NCBI GenBank assembly: GCA_937625935.1 | Contig: OW569361.1 | Location: 434,001 to 498,000 of the forward strand | Reading direction: 5' to 3' | Length of the DNA stretch: 64,000 bases | Origin: Tetramitus jugosus | Taxonomy: Eukaryota; Protista; Heterolobosea | Part shown: positions 32,254 to 44,300 of the stretch, piece after piece | How positions within the stretch are numbered: position 1 is the stretch's first letter | Layout: each line of letters begins with the position of its first letter | The notes under the pieces: generated by a model | The model's database searches: none | What the model was told of the DNA's origin: nothing | The model's input: only the letters and a program-made list of their open reading frames with translations | Position numbers and translations under genes: made by a program

Positions 32254-32270
32254 AAAATGGCGCGCAAAAA
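32254..32270 (-). promoter_or_regulatory. E2F-like motif TTTTTGCGCGCCATTTT about 60 bp upstream of the C2orf81-like gene
   Basis: GGCGCGCAAA is identical to the motif upstream of the AK7-like gene. Confidence 0.45.
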
Positions 32271-32370
32271 TTCGGAAAATCGTCAGGCAACAACCAACAA
32301 AATGACCCACAATAAAGACAACAATAAAAGCTTTTGCAACACAATGAAAAGAACGAATGGGAACAAAATT

Positions 32371-32928
32371 TTACAACAATTTTCCAGAGCCTTCTTCTCT
32401 CAGATACTCACCCACATCTGCTTGATGGAAACAAACAACATCAGTTGGATGCAATTGTCTGCATTCTTCTGTGCTTCTTGCCACAACACCAAATCCAAGT
32501 GGTGTGTCATTCATACTCATGACAACAACTCCTTGATATTGTGGTGTGTCTTCTGTCATTCTTCCTAGACCAGTCTTGACAACGTGAGAACCATACAAGA
32601 AGCTTAGCTCAGCGTTTGGTTTGACCCAGATTTTGTATGGAGCAAATTGCGCCAAATAATCCAAACAAGTGACCTGTAGTTGGAATTTTCCCGTCTTTGT
32701 AAAACTTCCGAAACAAATTCCAGCGGACAATAAACGATCAAATGATATGTTGGAGGCTAGTTTGAGCATGCTTGTAGAGAGATAGTAGACTTTGTTCTTG
32801 TGCAACCGAAACACATATTCTTCTCCTTCTTTCGTCTTCGATTGGAGCATGAGCTTAATGTTTCTACCCACGTATTTTGCTAATTTTTCAAAAAAAATTC
32901 GTGTTTCTTCTTCGGATAGTGGTCTCAT
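32371..32928 (-). CDS. NIP7: 60S ribosome biogenesis protein NIP7
   Basis: [51 protein letters not shown] domain, [13 protein letters not shown]. Confidence 0.97.
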   Translation of the reverse strand: MRPLSEEETRIFFEKLAKYVGRNIKLMLQSKTKEGEEYVFRLHKNKVYYLSTSMLKLASNISFDRLLSAGICFGSFTKTGKFQLQVTCLDYLAQFAPYKIWVKPNAELSFLYGSHVVKTGLGRMTEDTPQYQGVVVMSMNDTPLGFGVVARSTEECRQLHPTDVVCFHQADVGEYLREEGSGKLL

Positions 32929-33134
32929 TTTTTATAATGTGTGTGTGCGTGTGCGTGGAGTTGTTTTGTTGTGGTGTGGAGTGCTGATTGTCGATTTTGT
33001 TGCTAATTTTTTTTTTGTGGGCGTCTGTGGAAAAATTATTGTTTGTTGCAAGTAGTTTGTGCACCATGTGAAATTTGCTTGAACATTCAACGAAAGAAAG
33101 AAAAATAATTTATTCCGCCTTGATCGGAGCGTAC

Positions 33135-34329
33135 TTACTGAGATCCGATAAAGGGCAATCGATTGAACAAGGAGAGGAATCGAGTGGCAAGTTTGGAGAC
33201 TAGCGATTCCTTGGGCCGTATAGATACAATGTATGGTTCATACTGGACATGATTACTCAACCGATTGGTTCGCTTGACCAGCAGAATGCGCTCTTGTTTC
33301 TTTGTCACAAATGATCCTCCAAAAAACTTTCTCGTTTCAAAGAAGTAGTACTTTTGACCAGAGTAATCTTTTCCATTCGCATCAAAATAATCACTCTGTG
33401 GTGCAATAATGGGTCTCACTGATTGCATCTTTTTTCCAAAGTATCCATGCTTCACATAGGCATTCAAACTCACAACATTATGAGCATTGAACAATGTTGT
33501 CGGCGTGGATGAAAACACCATGGGTATCAGATCAATGGTTTCCTCTTCTTCTTCTTGTTGTGCATTACTGTATGGTATTGGCAATGCAAATGTGGTTGCA
33601 TCAGATTCAATCACGTGTCGATGAACGCGTGTCGTTGGTTGTGGTGGTGTAGACTTGATCCTAATGTCACCACCAGAGTAAGCTTGTGCCAGAATGGCTG
33701 CATTGGAAATGTTTTGTGAAAATGTCATGACAGATATGAAATAAACAGCTGGTTTGAATGGTGGATTCGATGTCGCTGTAATCAATTCACCAGGGTAGGA
33801 TGTGTTCTCTTTCTTGGACCAAGTGGATTGAAATTGCTCCATTTGAACAGGCGTAGTTCTATCATCATTATTATTTTGTCCATTCATCATGTAAAATTCA
33901 AATTCGCGCCATGATTATACACACACACACACACACACACATATATCCAATGAATTATTCAATCAATTGATTATGTGAGTCACAAAATGATAAAAATGAA
34001 GCAGAAAAAACAAAAAAAGCTAAAGCTAAAACATACGTAATGTTGATTTGAGTGGTCGTGACGCATCCTGTGGATGAATCTTGATTGCACAGCAATGAAA
34101 CACTGAGTGCATTGTAGTTGACACCAGACACATTGACAAAAAAGTATTGTGGCTTCAGAGGATCAAGTGTCGATTTGAGCGTAAACGGTGTTTCGAGAGC
34201 TAATGGTATAAATTGAATTTTTTGAGCCGTACTTGATTTTGGCGCGAGTTTTGAGCTAGAAAGCGGAGCGGAGAATATAAGGAGAAGCGAAAGGAGGAGG
34301 AGAAGGAAAAAGGGTGAACGTCGACTCAT
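33135..34329 (-). CDS. Uncharacterised secreted protein, 2 exons
   Basis: Exons 34037-34329 and 33135-33858 (intron GTATGT..TAG, phase 2 consistent); hydrophobic signal peptide; beta-rich body. Confidence 0.7.
33919..33940 (+). repeat. (AC)11 intronic microsatellite
   Basis: Perfect dinucleotide run. Confidence 0.9.
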
Positions 34330-34849
34330 GATCACTGTAGTGTGGTGGTGATGAGAACCTTTGGTGTGAATTTTGTTGATGTTCTTGTTGATGTTGTTGT
34401 TATCGATGGATATTGTTTTCTCTCTTTTTTTTTATGGTGCCATAAAACACGTTCTGTTTCGTTCATGGAAAGCTTCTTGGGCAGAAAATCGCATCAAGAT
34501 TTTCCGATAAGAGCTTTCGACGACCTATTTTTTTTGAACTTGGGGTTTCGAATGTGGGGTTGGTGGATCCACATCCGATAACTTCTCACTGGTTTTAGCT
34601 CTAACTTACGGATAAAGAACGTTTTGTTCCGGTTTGATTAATGTGGGGGCATAAAAGAGCGAAAATAAATCATTATTGGCACTGGTACTTGGCGAGTCGA
34701 AAATATCAAAGACCTTTCCGGTCTTGCATACCCGTGTGTAGGGTGGATGATCTGTGATAACAATACTCTGCACAACAACAATCCACAACAAAAGTACAGC
34801 GAACCGATTTTACTATACACTCATTGTTCAAATAGTATTTCTTCAGAAG

Positions 34850-36185
34850 ATGGCACCGAATAGCATGAATGAGCTGAAACAATCGATTGTCAACACTCCG
34901 CTGAGACAATTGTATTATGAATTGATGAATTATAGTGACTCAAAGAGGGAAGGTGAGAATCGATTCTCGAAGGAAGCCGAGAGAGCAACTTCTCAGTTTC
35001 TAAAGCAGATGTTGACTATTTGTGACTCGAAATTAGAACAGATAATGTTTGAGTACTCTCCGAGAGCGCTCGATCGGTTCATTATGAGAAACTATGAAGG
35101 AACAATGGACTCCTATCAGAAGAACAAGAAAAATCCTTCTTACAACAAACACAATGCAAGACATTACCTTTTGCAACAAGCACCTGGAAAGTTAATCGAT
35201 GGTTTATGGTTACAAAACACTGGTCAGTTGATTCGTGAGCAGTCAATATCGGAGGAAGAGAAACAAATGTGGACAATTTTGAATGAAATTTTTGAGGAAG
35301 AGATGGGTGAAGGAGATGAGAAAAAGAATCACATTAATATTTATAGAAACTTATTGAATCAAGCTGGCATGAACTTACCTGAAACAAAATCCAGGGAATT
35401 TGCTTTTCATGATTCATTCCAAACTGAATCGTTCTTATCACCTGTCGTACAGTTAGCACTATCACTGTTTCAGGAAGAGTATACTCCAGAGTTGATTCAC
35501 TCTGAACTTTGAAGAAGCAGCGCTGTCAGTTTTGCAAATGGTTGATGCTGTCAAGGAAATTGGGTTGGACAATTATTACTACGTATTGCATGTTACAATT
35601 GATAATCCTTGTACAGGTCATTCTGCTCAAGCGAAAGAAGCGGTCAACCTTTACATGAAACTTTTCAAGGATGGAAATCGAGGCTTGATATGGAGGAGGA
35701 TATTGCGAGGTTACTTGTTGGCAACAATGATGGACTTTGAAAGTTTAAGCGAACAGATTCAACGAAAATCCGACCATATGGTAAGAGAATTGATGATTGA
35801 TTTGATTGAGAGGTATAAACCTTATGCTGCATGTCCAGTTCATTCCAGAGTTAGAATGAACGGAACCTCATTAGAGAGTCAGATGAAAACCCGAACGGCT
35901 GAAGAGTTTCTTCTGGAGCTGCAAGAGTCTGCATGGATTGTTCACGGAGATCCTGACAAGAGCTTACTCTGTAAATCCATGTCGTTTGGACATAAAATGT
36001 ACAAGGTATTCTCTGAAGAAGATGAGACGATCGTTCGAAACTGGATATCGAGTCTAAAGGGAAGAAGAACATATCATGATTTTTCATCTGTGGAATTGAG
36101 ATCTAACTATCTGAAGTCTGCGTACACACTGATTGCGTTGGTCAGTTTATTGTTCACATTGATACCTATATGTTTGATGAAGTAG
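34850..36185 (+). pseudogene. Heme-oxygenase-like diiron oxidase (iron-containing redox enzyme family) split by a frameshift at ~35497
   Basis: QQAPGKLIDGLWLQ, EEMGEGDEKKNH..YRNLL, then in the second frame TLNFEE, YYVLHVTIDN..GHS, IVHGDPDKS..MYKVFSEED..NWISSL. No GT-AG intron fits the junction; it may be an assembly error. Confidence 0.75.
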
Positions 36186-36386
36186 GATGGATTTCTGAAA
36201 AATCGACCATAGTTTGACTCTGTACAAGTCAAGTTTAAGCTTCTCCGCTACTAATCTTGTATGGCATCGCCCTATAAAATTGTCCCCAAAAATATTGAGC
36301 CCAAAGTAATTTCTTCATTATTCATTACGTGTATCCAAATCATATATCTGGACCAAACTTGAAGGAACGCCACAAAAAATAGAAGA

Positions 36387-37283
36387 ATGATAATTAACAT
36401 GAACCCTGACTTGAACATAGATTTGATTAGAGTAGTTCTAAGCGGGAAAGAAGTACCGAACATTGAGAAAAAGATTAACCAAGACAATGAAAATCTTGCT
36501 ACCTGGCGTTCCTATCACTATGGTTTTACAAACCTAAAACGTTCTTCCTTATCAACTGCCGAATTTGAAAAAGTTGGTGAAAGAACTACAGAGCAGGCGA
36601 CCATCTATTTGATTCCTCACAAAATGAACCTAGGTGGTATCTGGCTCAAGAAGACTCAAAATGAAAAAACAACTCAAGTTTCCTATGCCTTAACATTTGT
36701 TTTTGTTGTGAGCAAGGACCATATTGTTATTGGCCAATATTCAAGAAAGAATCCAGGTGAATTAACTCAATATCTAAACAAAATTGGCTTCGATGATCTC
36801 TGTAGTATTGAGGAATTGGAACAACATAGCTACACAACACAAAAGCAAATTTTTAAAAGGAAGGATGGAGTGGAATGCCAGATTTGTGTTTCAGAGATGG
36901 ACAAGTATATCTATTATCAACATGCAACCTTGAAGTTTAACTCAACCTGCTTTGATCAACCCTTATCCAGTGTGATGGCTGAGGATCTAAGACAACAATT
37001 TAACTTTCAAAAAGGGAGAAGCAGTGTTCTTGAATGCCTTCGTCTCGATTTTCCAGAAGAGTATAAACTGATCAAGCAAGTGGATTACGAGGGAGATGTT
37101 CTGGATTGTTACTCAGGATTCAATTACTTTGAAGACCATGATGAAGAGGAAGAGGAAGAGGAAGAAGAGATAGAACATGAATTTCCTCCAAGTAAGATTC
37201 CTTGGTCTCTGGAGGTAACCATTAATGAACTAATCAAGAAGATGAACATCCATATGAACAGCAAGAAGAGTGAGAATCAATAA
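36387..37283 (+). CDS. Degenerate CYTH (thiamine-triphosphatase-like) domain protein
   Basis: Intronless 298 aa; IYLIPHKMNLGGIWLKK, SYTTQKQIF, YYQHATLKF, KGRSSVLECLRLDFPEEYKLI parallel THTPA blocks; ExExK motif absent. Confidence 0.55.
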   Translation: MIINMNPDLNIDLIRVVLSGKEVPNIEKKINQDNENLATWRSYHYGFTNLKRSSLSTAEFEKVGERTTEQATIYLIPHKMNLGGIWLKKTQNEKTTQVSYALTFVFVVSKDHIVIGQYSRKNPGELTQYLNKIGFDDLCSIEELEQHSYTTQKQIFKRKDGVECQICVSEMDKYIYYQHATLKFNSTCFDQPLSSVMAEDLRQQFNFQKGRSSVLECLRLDFPEEYKLIKQVDYEGDVLDCYSGFNYFEDHDEEEEEEEEEIEHEFPPSKIPWSLEVTINELIKKMNIHMNSKKSENQ

Positions 37284-37315
37284 TATTAATAAATGTTGTT
37301 CTTGTCCTAAGACAA

Positions 37316-37454
37316 TATTAAGAATTTTCTTTGTCTCTTGCTTGGATGAGTGAATAGAGGAGAGGACGATGAGGCGATTTGATTTGATTTCAACTTATTA
37401 GGAATGAATTCAGCTCGGTCATCGATTGATAAACATCAACATAATGTTGAATTC
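37316..37454. repeat. Scrambled duplicate of pieces of the neighbouring RWP-RK locus
   Basis: 37316-37359 resembles 38057-38106; 37376-37412 matches 38890-38926 (33/37 identical); 37410-37454 matches the reverse complement of 38920-38967. Confidence 0.8.
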
Positions 37455-37961
37455 CTCATTGTTGCCATCATTTTCTATTATCACTTTAGAATCTTCCATT
37501 GCTCTCCTTTTCATGATGATGAATGGTGTGAGAATGGGGTTGGTGTTGATAGGAGAGATGGTATTCTTGTTGTTCAACTCTAATTGTTTTAATAATCCTT
37601 GTTCACTCGGTTTCTTGCTAAACAACCAAAATCTCGTAACTATCTTGGTTGTTATTAAAAACAACCAAAAAATTGCTCTGCCTATGTTGAGAAAAGACAG
37701 CTAGGAGTATACGCTGGGGATGCTCGGAATCGAAACACAAGCGATCAAGCAAGTAGCGAAGGGTTTGAAGAAGAGTGGTGTAAATGAGGAGCTCAACACT
37801 AAACGGAGGTGTTTAGAGGTGATACATCATCTCTTCACAAACGCCAAAGAACTTGATGGTTGTTGCGAACATTAACGACCCCGTAGTGAGCAATTAAGTA
37901 CCGCAAGTACAATCAACAAAAAACTAAATGCGCAACGTTGGTTGTATTAGAGTTATTGCTT

Positions 37962-38798
37962 CTAACACATTTTTTGATGTTTTCTGTTGGTTTCTCCCTC
38001 CATAGATCCATCACTGGTAGATGTACCACCATCTAGTTGCAAGAATCTTCTCTCTCTATTGAGAATTTTCTTTGTTCCTTGCTTGGACGAAGATGAGTGA
38101 ATGGAGCACTGGTTTGGAGATTGCGTTGATGTTCCACCCCTTGGCACATACCTGAAGAATTTAATATTACGAGGTCCTTTTCCATTGATCGAGGAATTTC
38201 TTTGTGAATCATATTGGATAGCTAACAGCTGTTGTTCTTGGATACTCATGGAAAAGAGACGAGTCAGAGTTTGTACAGTATTAGGGCAGAGTTCCTTCTC
38301 ACTCCTTGACTCCTCTTCATTGACCAAATGCCAAACACTTCTTCTCCTTTTATCTTGTGTCAGTTGGTACGGCCATCGACCGATATCCAATTGATAAAAT
38401 CTCCTTTTCAGTGTTGACAAGGAAACACCCAACTTCTGGGCTGCCAGTCGCTGAGGGAAATAGAAGTACTGTTCCATCTCATCTCTCTGGATTTGAATTT
38501 TGTTTCGAAATGAGGTTGGTTTGAATGGGTTCATGACCCTACAGCAAGTGCCTGTTGCATTGTTTCTTTCAGTTTGAGAGGAAGAGAATTCTTCAGTGGA
38601 ATTCATCCTAGACTTGGTTACTCGTTGTTGATGAGCTTCTGTTGCCATATGAAGAGATGAGACCATTGTTTTCAAGGTTCGATTAAGAGAGAGTGTCTGA
38701 GTAGTTTTGTTAGTTGCTACATCGATATGAAGGGATGCAGGACTATAAATCTCTGAGCAAAACAACAAGAATTTACTTCGACACATGGACTTCATCAT
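37962..38798 (-). CDS. RWP-RK domain transcription factor (start could be 38666)
   Basis: EMEQYFYFPQRLAAQKLGVSLSTLKRRFYQLDIGRWPY. Confidence 0.85.
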   Translation of the reverse strand: MMKSMCRSKFLLFCSEIYSPASLHIDVATNKTTQTLSLNRTLKTMVSSLHMATEAHQQRVTKSRMNSTEEFSSSQTERNNATGTCCRVMNPFKPTSFRNKIQIQRDEMEQYFYFPQRLAAQKLGVSLSTLKRRFYQLDIGRWPYQLTQDKRRRSVWHLVNEEESRSEKELCPNTVQTLTRLFSMSIQEQQLLAIQYDSQRNSSINGKGPRNIKFFRYVPRGGTSTQSPNQCSIHSSSSKQGTKKILNRERRFLQLDGGTSTSDGSMEGETNRKHQKMC

Positions 38799-40262
38799 AG
38801 TCGAAGGAGAAAATGAGGGCTAAGCGAAAGGGGCATTGACAACGAAACGAGAAACATCGAAGGTAATCGATGATGAGCTTTCACGAAGTGATTTGATTTG
38901 ATTTCGACTGATTAGGGATGAACTCAACATACGTATGTTGATGTTTGTTTATCGATGACCGATCTGAGGATGCGTTATTCTTCGATACAATGCGAGACTG
39001 GGAATCGAAGAATGAAATTGCTGATCTTTATTTGAGAATGAAGCGAAAGGATCATATGTATTACACTTTGGGATAACAGATAGCGCCCTCACTCCTATAC
39101 TTGACTACATCTAAAACGAGTCAAAGGGTATGAAATAGAGTCGTTCGATTCATTTGGTTACCCCTTTAGTTGGACAGGACGATTCTTCCTACTTGGCTTG
39201 TGACTATCTTTTGATAGGTGATACGCATCAGAGTATGAAAGGTTCCAATGTTTGGATACACCCAAGATTGAGAAAACCCTTGAATAGACAACAATAATTG
39301 TGTAACTATTGCATCTTTCCCCGGATACGTGTTACTATGACTACTTATCCCTGGGATAGTTAGTCCTTGCCACCTTTGGTTTACCCATGAACACTTAAAC
39401 TGGGTATCACCAGTTAAAATGGTTCTGCGGAAATATTTTTCCATAGGTGTATGTTCCAGCAAGCATGATTGTTCATTTATTGTCTTTCTATGGGAGTGGT
39501 CGTCACTCACGCAGCTTCTCTTGTGTCCCGACGGTACAACGTATACTACTTCACGATTATTGAAACAAAGGACGCTTCCCTTCTCCTTCTGTAGTTCCGC
39601 TTCCACATTTAGTCTCCATCGGATCCAATCGACATCTATCTCGTGCAAAATGTTCCGCATTTGTGGCAGTAGCGTTGGTACAGTCCTATGTTTAGCCCAG
39701 GAGTTGTCTCCATACTAGCAGTGGCTTTGGCAACTTCTTTCTCCGTATGGGAACCTGTTTGTTGTCTACTTGTTAATTTATTGTTGAATGCCTTGATGAT
39801 CATGTGATCTCTCGATGTATCTTGAGAGTGGCCGTGGTCTTTACCTTGTTCTCTCCGCTGAGCACTGCTCGTGCATAGGTTTCATCACCCATAACCACGA
39901 AAGCAGAGTTTCGCTTCTTGAGCTCAGTGGAGACCTTATCAGGTTCCAGCAGCTTATTGATGTCGTCAACTGGCATGTTCTTTATTTCATCGGCAATCTC
40001 TTTTCTTGTCCAATCAACATGTCGCAGCTGCCTTGCCAAAGATGACAGAGTGGACGCCATCATCGTTGCCAGCAATGACGATCTCTCTGTCACTTGGGGC
40101 TGAGTCTTTCTGTGCAGTGGCAGTGGTCTTCTTAAAGGCAGCTTATACAACCATTGGTTACTTACATCTTTTTCTTGCAGTAAAATTTCTTTAACTCATT
40201 TCCCCGGTTCATTTACAGAAAAATCAACACAGAATTTTTTTGCAGCTTGCCGTCCAACAAAA

Positions 40263-41312
40263 ATGCACAGTCCAAATTCAAGTGGTAGTTTTTTGGGATC
40301 ACCAGTGTCCAGTGGTAGTGCTGTGATCCTTCAAAAATTTGACTTGAAAAACAAGGAACTAAAGAGAATAACAGAAGAATTAACAAGTGAATTACTAGGG
40401 TCTCAAAATGTTTGTTTCTTTCACACATGTTGTTGTGTTTAGTTAGAGATGAAGTAGGTGTGAAAGTGTGATACTAACGAGTCTGCTGTACAGGAGAATC
40501 GATTATTGAAACAAAGGATTGAAGCTCTGCTCAAGGTTCAAGAAGAGAATACGAAGTTTCAGAATCAAGTTAAGATGATGAATGACAAGAATGATATTCT
40601 GTTGAAAGATAAGAAAATTGTGGAGGAAAGAGTGGATTATCTCTTGTCAAGACTGGGACAAACTGATTCTTCTTCAGAGGGTGCAGAGAGAAACACTTTG
40701 GCCAAGTTAGATGAGATATCCAGTTTGATTGATCACCAGGTGGCTCAGAATGGTGATGTAGCTTCATTGTTGAGAAACGCGGAGCACTTGAATGAAGTTT
40801 ACAAACAAGATTTAGTGAAGAAGGAAACTGAGATGAAGAAATTGGTGGAGGAACACGATAAACGAGTACACGAGATGCAAGAGAAGTATGAAAGGGAAAT
40901 GGAATCGATTGAGCAGAGAGGAACCGATTTAACGAACCTCTTTGAAGAAGAAAAGGAGAAACTAGCTTCGAGAATGGAGGAATTGAAGGAGGAGTTTGAG
41001 GCTACCGAGTCGAAACTAATGTCAGATATTGAAGCCCTAAAGGCAACTGTCAACGAACAAAGCAGCCTCATCCAGGAGTTTGAAGCCAACAACAGTGAAC
41101 TGAACACTAGATTGATAGAAACAGAGGACAGGGCAAGAGTCAGAGAGGCAGAATTGCTTGCTGATATCGAGTCGATGAATCAGAATACTGAAAATCTAAT
41201 GAACGAAATTGTCTTGCTGCAACAAGCAATCGAAGAGCAAACAACTGACGCAGACTCAGAAATCATCAAACTGAAGGACCTCATCGAAACGAGAGACGAA
41301 AACTCGTTCTAA
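40263..41312 (+). CDS. Coiled-coil protein, 2 exons
   Basis: Exon 1 40263-40409 (MHSPNSS..GSQN), intron 40410-40493 (GTTTGT..ACTAAC..CAG), exon 2 40494-41312; heptad-rich E/K/L. Confidence 0.75.
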
Positions 41313-41367
41313 TTGCAAACAACATCGCTTGTCGTTGTATTATGTATAAATATCGTTGTTCCATAGT

Positions 41368-44300
41368 TTATTGCATAATGGCTTGCAACTTTTGTTTCTG
41401 TTCGTTGGTGAGGGCACTTGTTGCCTGTTGGAAGAACTGTGGCTGTTGGCTCATTTGCTTTAGCAATTGAACAATGACAGTCTGTGTCTCTGCGCTGACG
41501 GCTTGGGTGTTCACGATATCAGCAAACACTTGAAGGATTTTAGGGATGTTGGAGTGATTTTGTCCCAAAATGACAGCATTGTTCTGTTGGACTTGAGCGA
41601 CCAAGTGGTTGTGAACAATCTTGGCTTCAATCATGTCACCGCCAACAGGAAGTGCACCTAACCAGGTTTGGGTCACTTGTGGCATGTGTGCTGATATGTA
41701 TGGGTTGTTGCTTCTATATAGAATAAACTTGAACAACGCCGACACAGCATTAGCAGTTGCAGCCTTGGCTTCTCTCTTCTTGGCATCAGCACGCAGAATG
41801 ACTGATCCTAGAACTTCAACAGCCTTTTGTACAACTTGCTCGAAAGGTTCTCCAGCGAATTGGGCGCAAGCACCAATACCGTAAACAGCAGCTTGTCTGA
41901 CTTCGTGGTTGTTATGGACAGCATAAGTTAGCAGAGCAGGAATCATACGATCAAAGAATTGGTGGCTCAAGTTTCCACCATTTTCAACAAAATCGCAAAC
42001 GATGCAGAGAGCAACTCTGTGTTCATCGTCACCAAAGTCGTTTCCTAGCAGATTGTTGAACAATGGCCACAAACCATTGATAAAGTATGGGATAAAGTTC
42101 TTGTTGGTCTTCATCAATTGACCAATAGATTCAGCAATAATGGTCAAGAAACGCTCCTCCTCCAATGCGTCGTCATCCAAACGAGCTTGTTCTTCTTCAT
42201 CCTCCTCGGTTTGCATGCTCTTGATCACTTCTTGTCTTCTCTCAATACTTGCCAAGATTGAGGTCTTGTAGATCTCAATAATGGTCAAAATTTGAGCTTC
42301 GGTCAAGCTGTTCTCTCCCATAATCTTCACTGAATCAGTCAATGACTCAATCATGACGAGAGAAGTGTGAACTTCACTCTCCTCCTTCAATGCGTCCAAT
42401 AGGTTTGTCATGATGGAATCATACAAGGCACGCAATTGAGCAGGTTCACACATGTTCTTCTCAATGGCAGCCTTGACAGCAACCAAGAATTGTGGAAGAA
42501 TAGCAGCGGCGTTCTCACGAACGTCTTCCATGTAGGCGAATTCAAGCAATGGAACCATAACCTTGTAGACAGAGTCAATGTATGGAAGGAAGAGCTCCTT
42601 CAAGTCAGTCACATACGAGTGCAACAAGTGGCATGCAAGAGACTTCTCTTCCAGTGTGGAAGTACGGATGCTGATTCTCTTTCCACCCAATCCCTTAAGA
42701 TTGAATGTAATAGACTCCATACCTTCTTGTTCGCCTTCATCTTCCTCATCAACGTCAGTGTAGACAACTTCAGGTTCAACACCAGCAGCATTCAACAAGT
42801 ATGGCATGATAAAGTTCAAGTATGGCACAAAGTCAGCACCCAAGCACTTGGCAATACGAGCATAAGCTTGCAAGATTTGGTATTGTTGTGGATCGTCATT
42901 TTCGAATCCTTGTTGTTGAGTTCTCATCAACAATTCCATCGTATCACGTGCATCATTACCGAAAATTTCCTTTCCGACAGCAACACCAATCAAACTGATG
43001 GCTTCAATGGCTCTTGCCTTCAATTGTCTGTCTTCCTTTCCGTTGGCTTGCAATAGAATTTGCTTCAACAGAGGAACAAAGTCATTGTAGTACTTCATGA
43101 ACAACTTTTCAGCGCAGTCAGCAACAGCAGAGATGGCAGACAAGGATTGTTCTTGGCAGTATCTGTGTCCACTCTTCAACAAGTTCAACAATCGGAACAA
43201 CAACTGATCCATGTATGGTTGAATGAATTGTTTGTCGCACTCTTCAACAAAGTTGACAATGGCAGTAGCTGCGTGAGCCTTCACCTTTGGCAATGCGTCA
43301 TCCATTCCCTTCATCAATGCAGGGATAATCAAATGATGATACTTTTCTTGGAAAATGCCTTGGAAATCAGTGGACAATTGAGCAGAACAGTGAATGGCAG
43401 CATATCTGACTCTTGGGTGAGGATCGTTGAACAAACTGACAACCATTTGAATAATTTGATCCAAATGATTCTCATATTGTTCATAGCAGCCTTCAGCAGT
43501 CTGTGAAATGGTCATCAAACCAGTGTGTCTGTGTTTCCATTCAGCATTGCTCAAGAATTGAGGAATGTACTTGAATGCGACAGGTTGAACCAAATCACCA
43601 CCCAGTGCCAATGACATTCTGTCCAAACTCTCCAGACCGACATCATAATTGGTCAAATCCATCTCGTCCTCCACAAAAGTAGATGCCCATTCTTCGTCAT
43701 CGTGCTCCAAATCAAGCATCAGTGTCATGCAGAATGGGAACAAACTGTCGACAAAGCTTGGAATCTTTTGAATCGTCTTTGGAATGCTCTCAGTGGTCGA
43801 GATGATAAACTCGACAGCCAAATGCCGGATTGCATCATCCAAATCAGCAGTCTTTGCAATTTGGAACATGGCAGAGATGACTGGATTAATTTGTTTTTGC
43901 AAAAAGGATGCCTTGTGAACTGCAATCTCGATAAAGTTTTCAATGGCAGTGGATGCTCCTTCTTCGTCCTTGTTATTCAACAATTGTGCAATCGTCTGCA
44001 ACATATGTCCAATCAATTCCTGGAAGGCAGCAAAGTGCTTCTTCTCCAATGACAAAATAACGGAGCAGGTTGCTTCCAAAGCAGCCAAACGAACCATTGG
44101 GTTCTTGTCGTCTTGCAAATTTGCTGCAAAAATGTCTCTGAATCCAACCATATATGAATCGGAATTGGCGTTTGACAACATGACTGAAGACAAATGATTA
44201 AAGATACCAAGAGCATTTTCTCTGAGCATTGGAGATGGGCTCTTTGCCCAGTTGAACATGGTTGGAATGAATTCAGGGAATGAATCTGAGATAAAGTCAA

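Noticed and set aside
35490-35531. Possible intron or programmed frameshift joining the two HDO ORFs
   Set aside because: No suitable GT..AG pair that preserves the conserved TLNFEE, and no slippery heptamer; a small deletion explains the junction.
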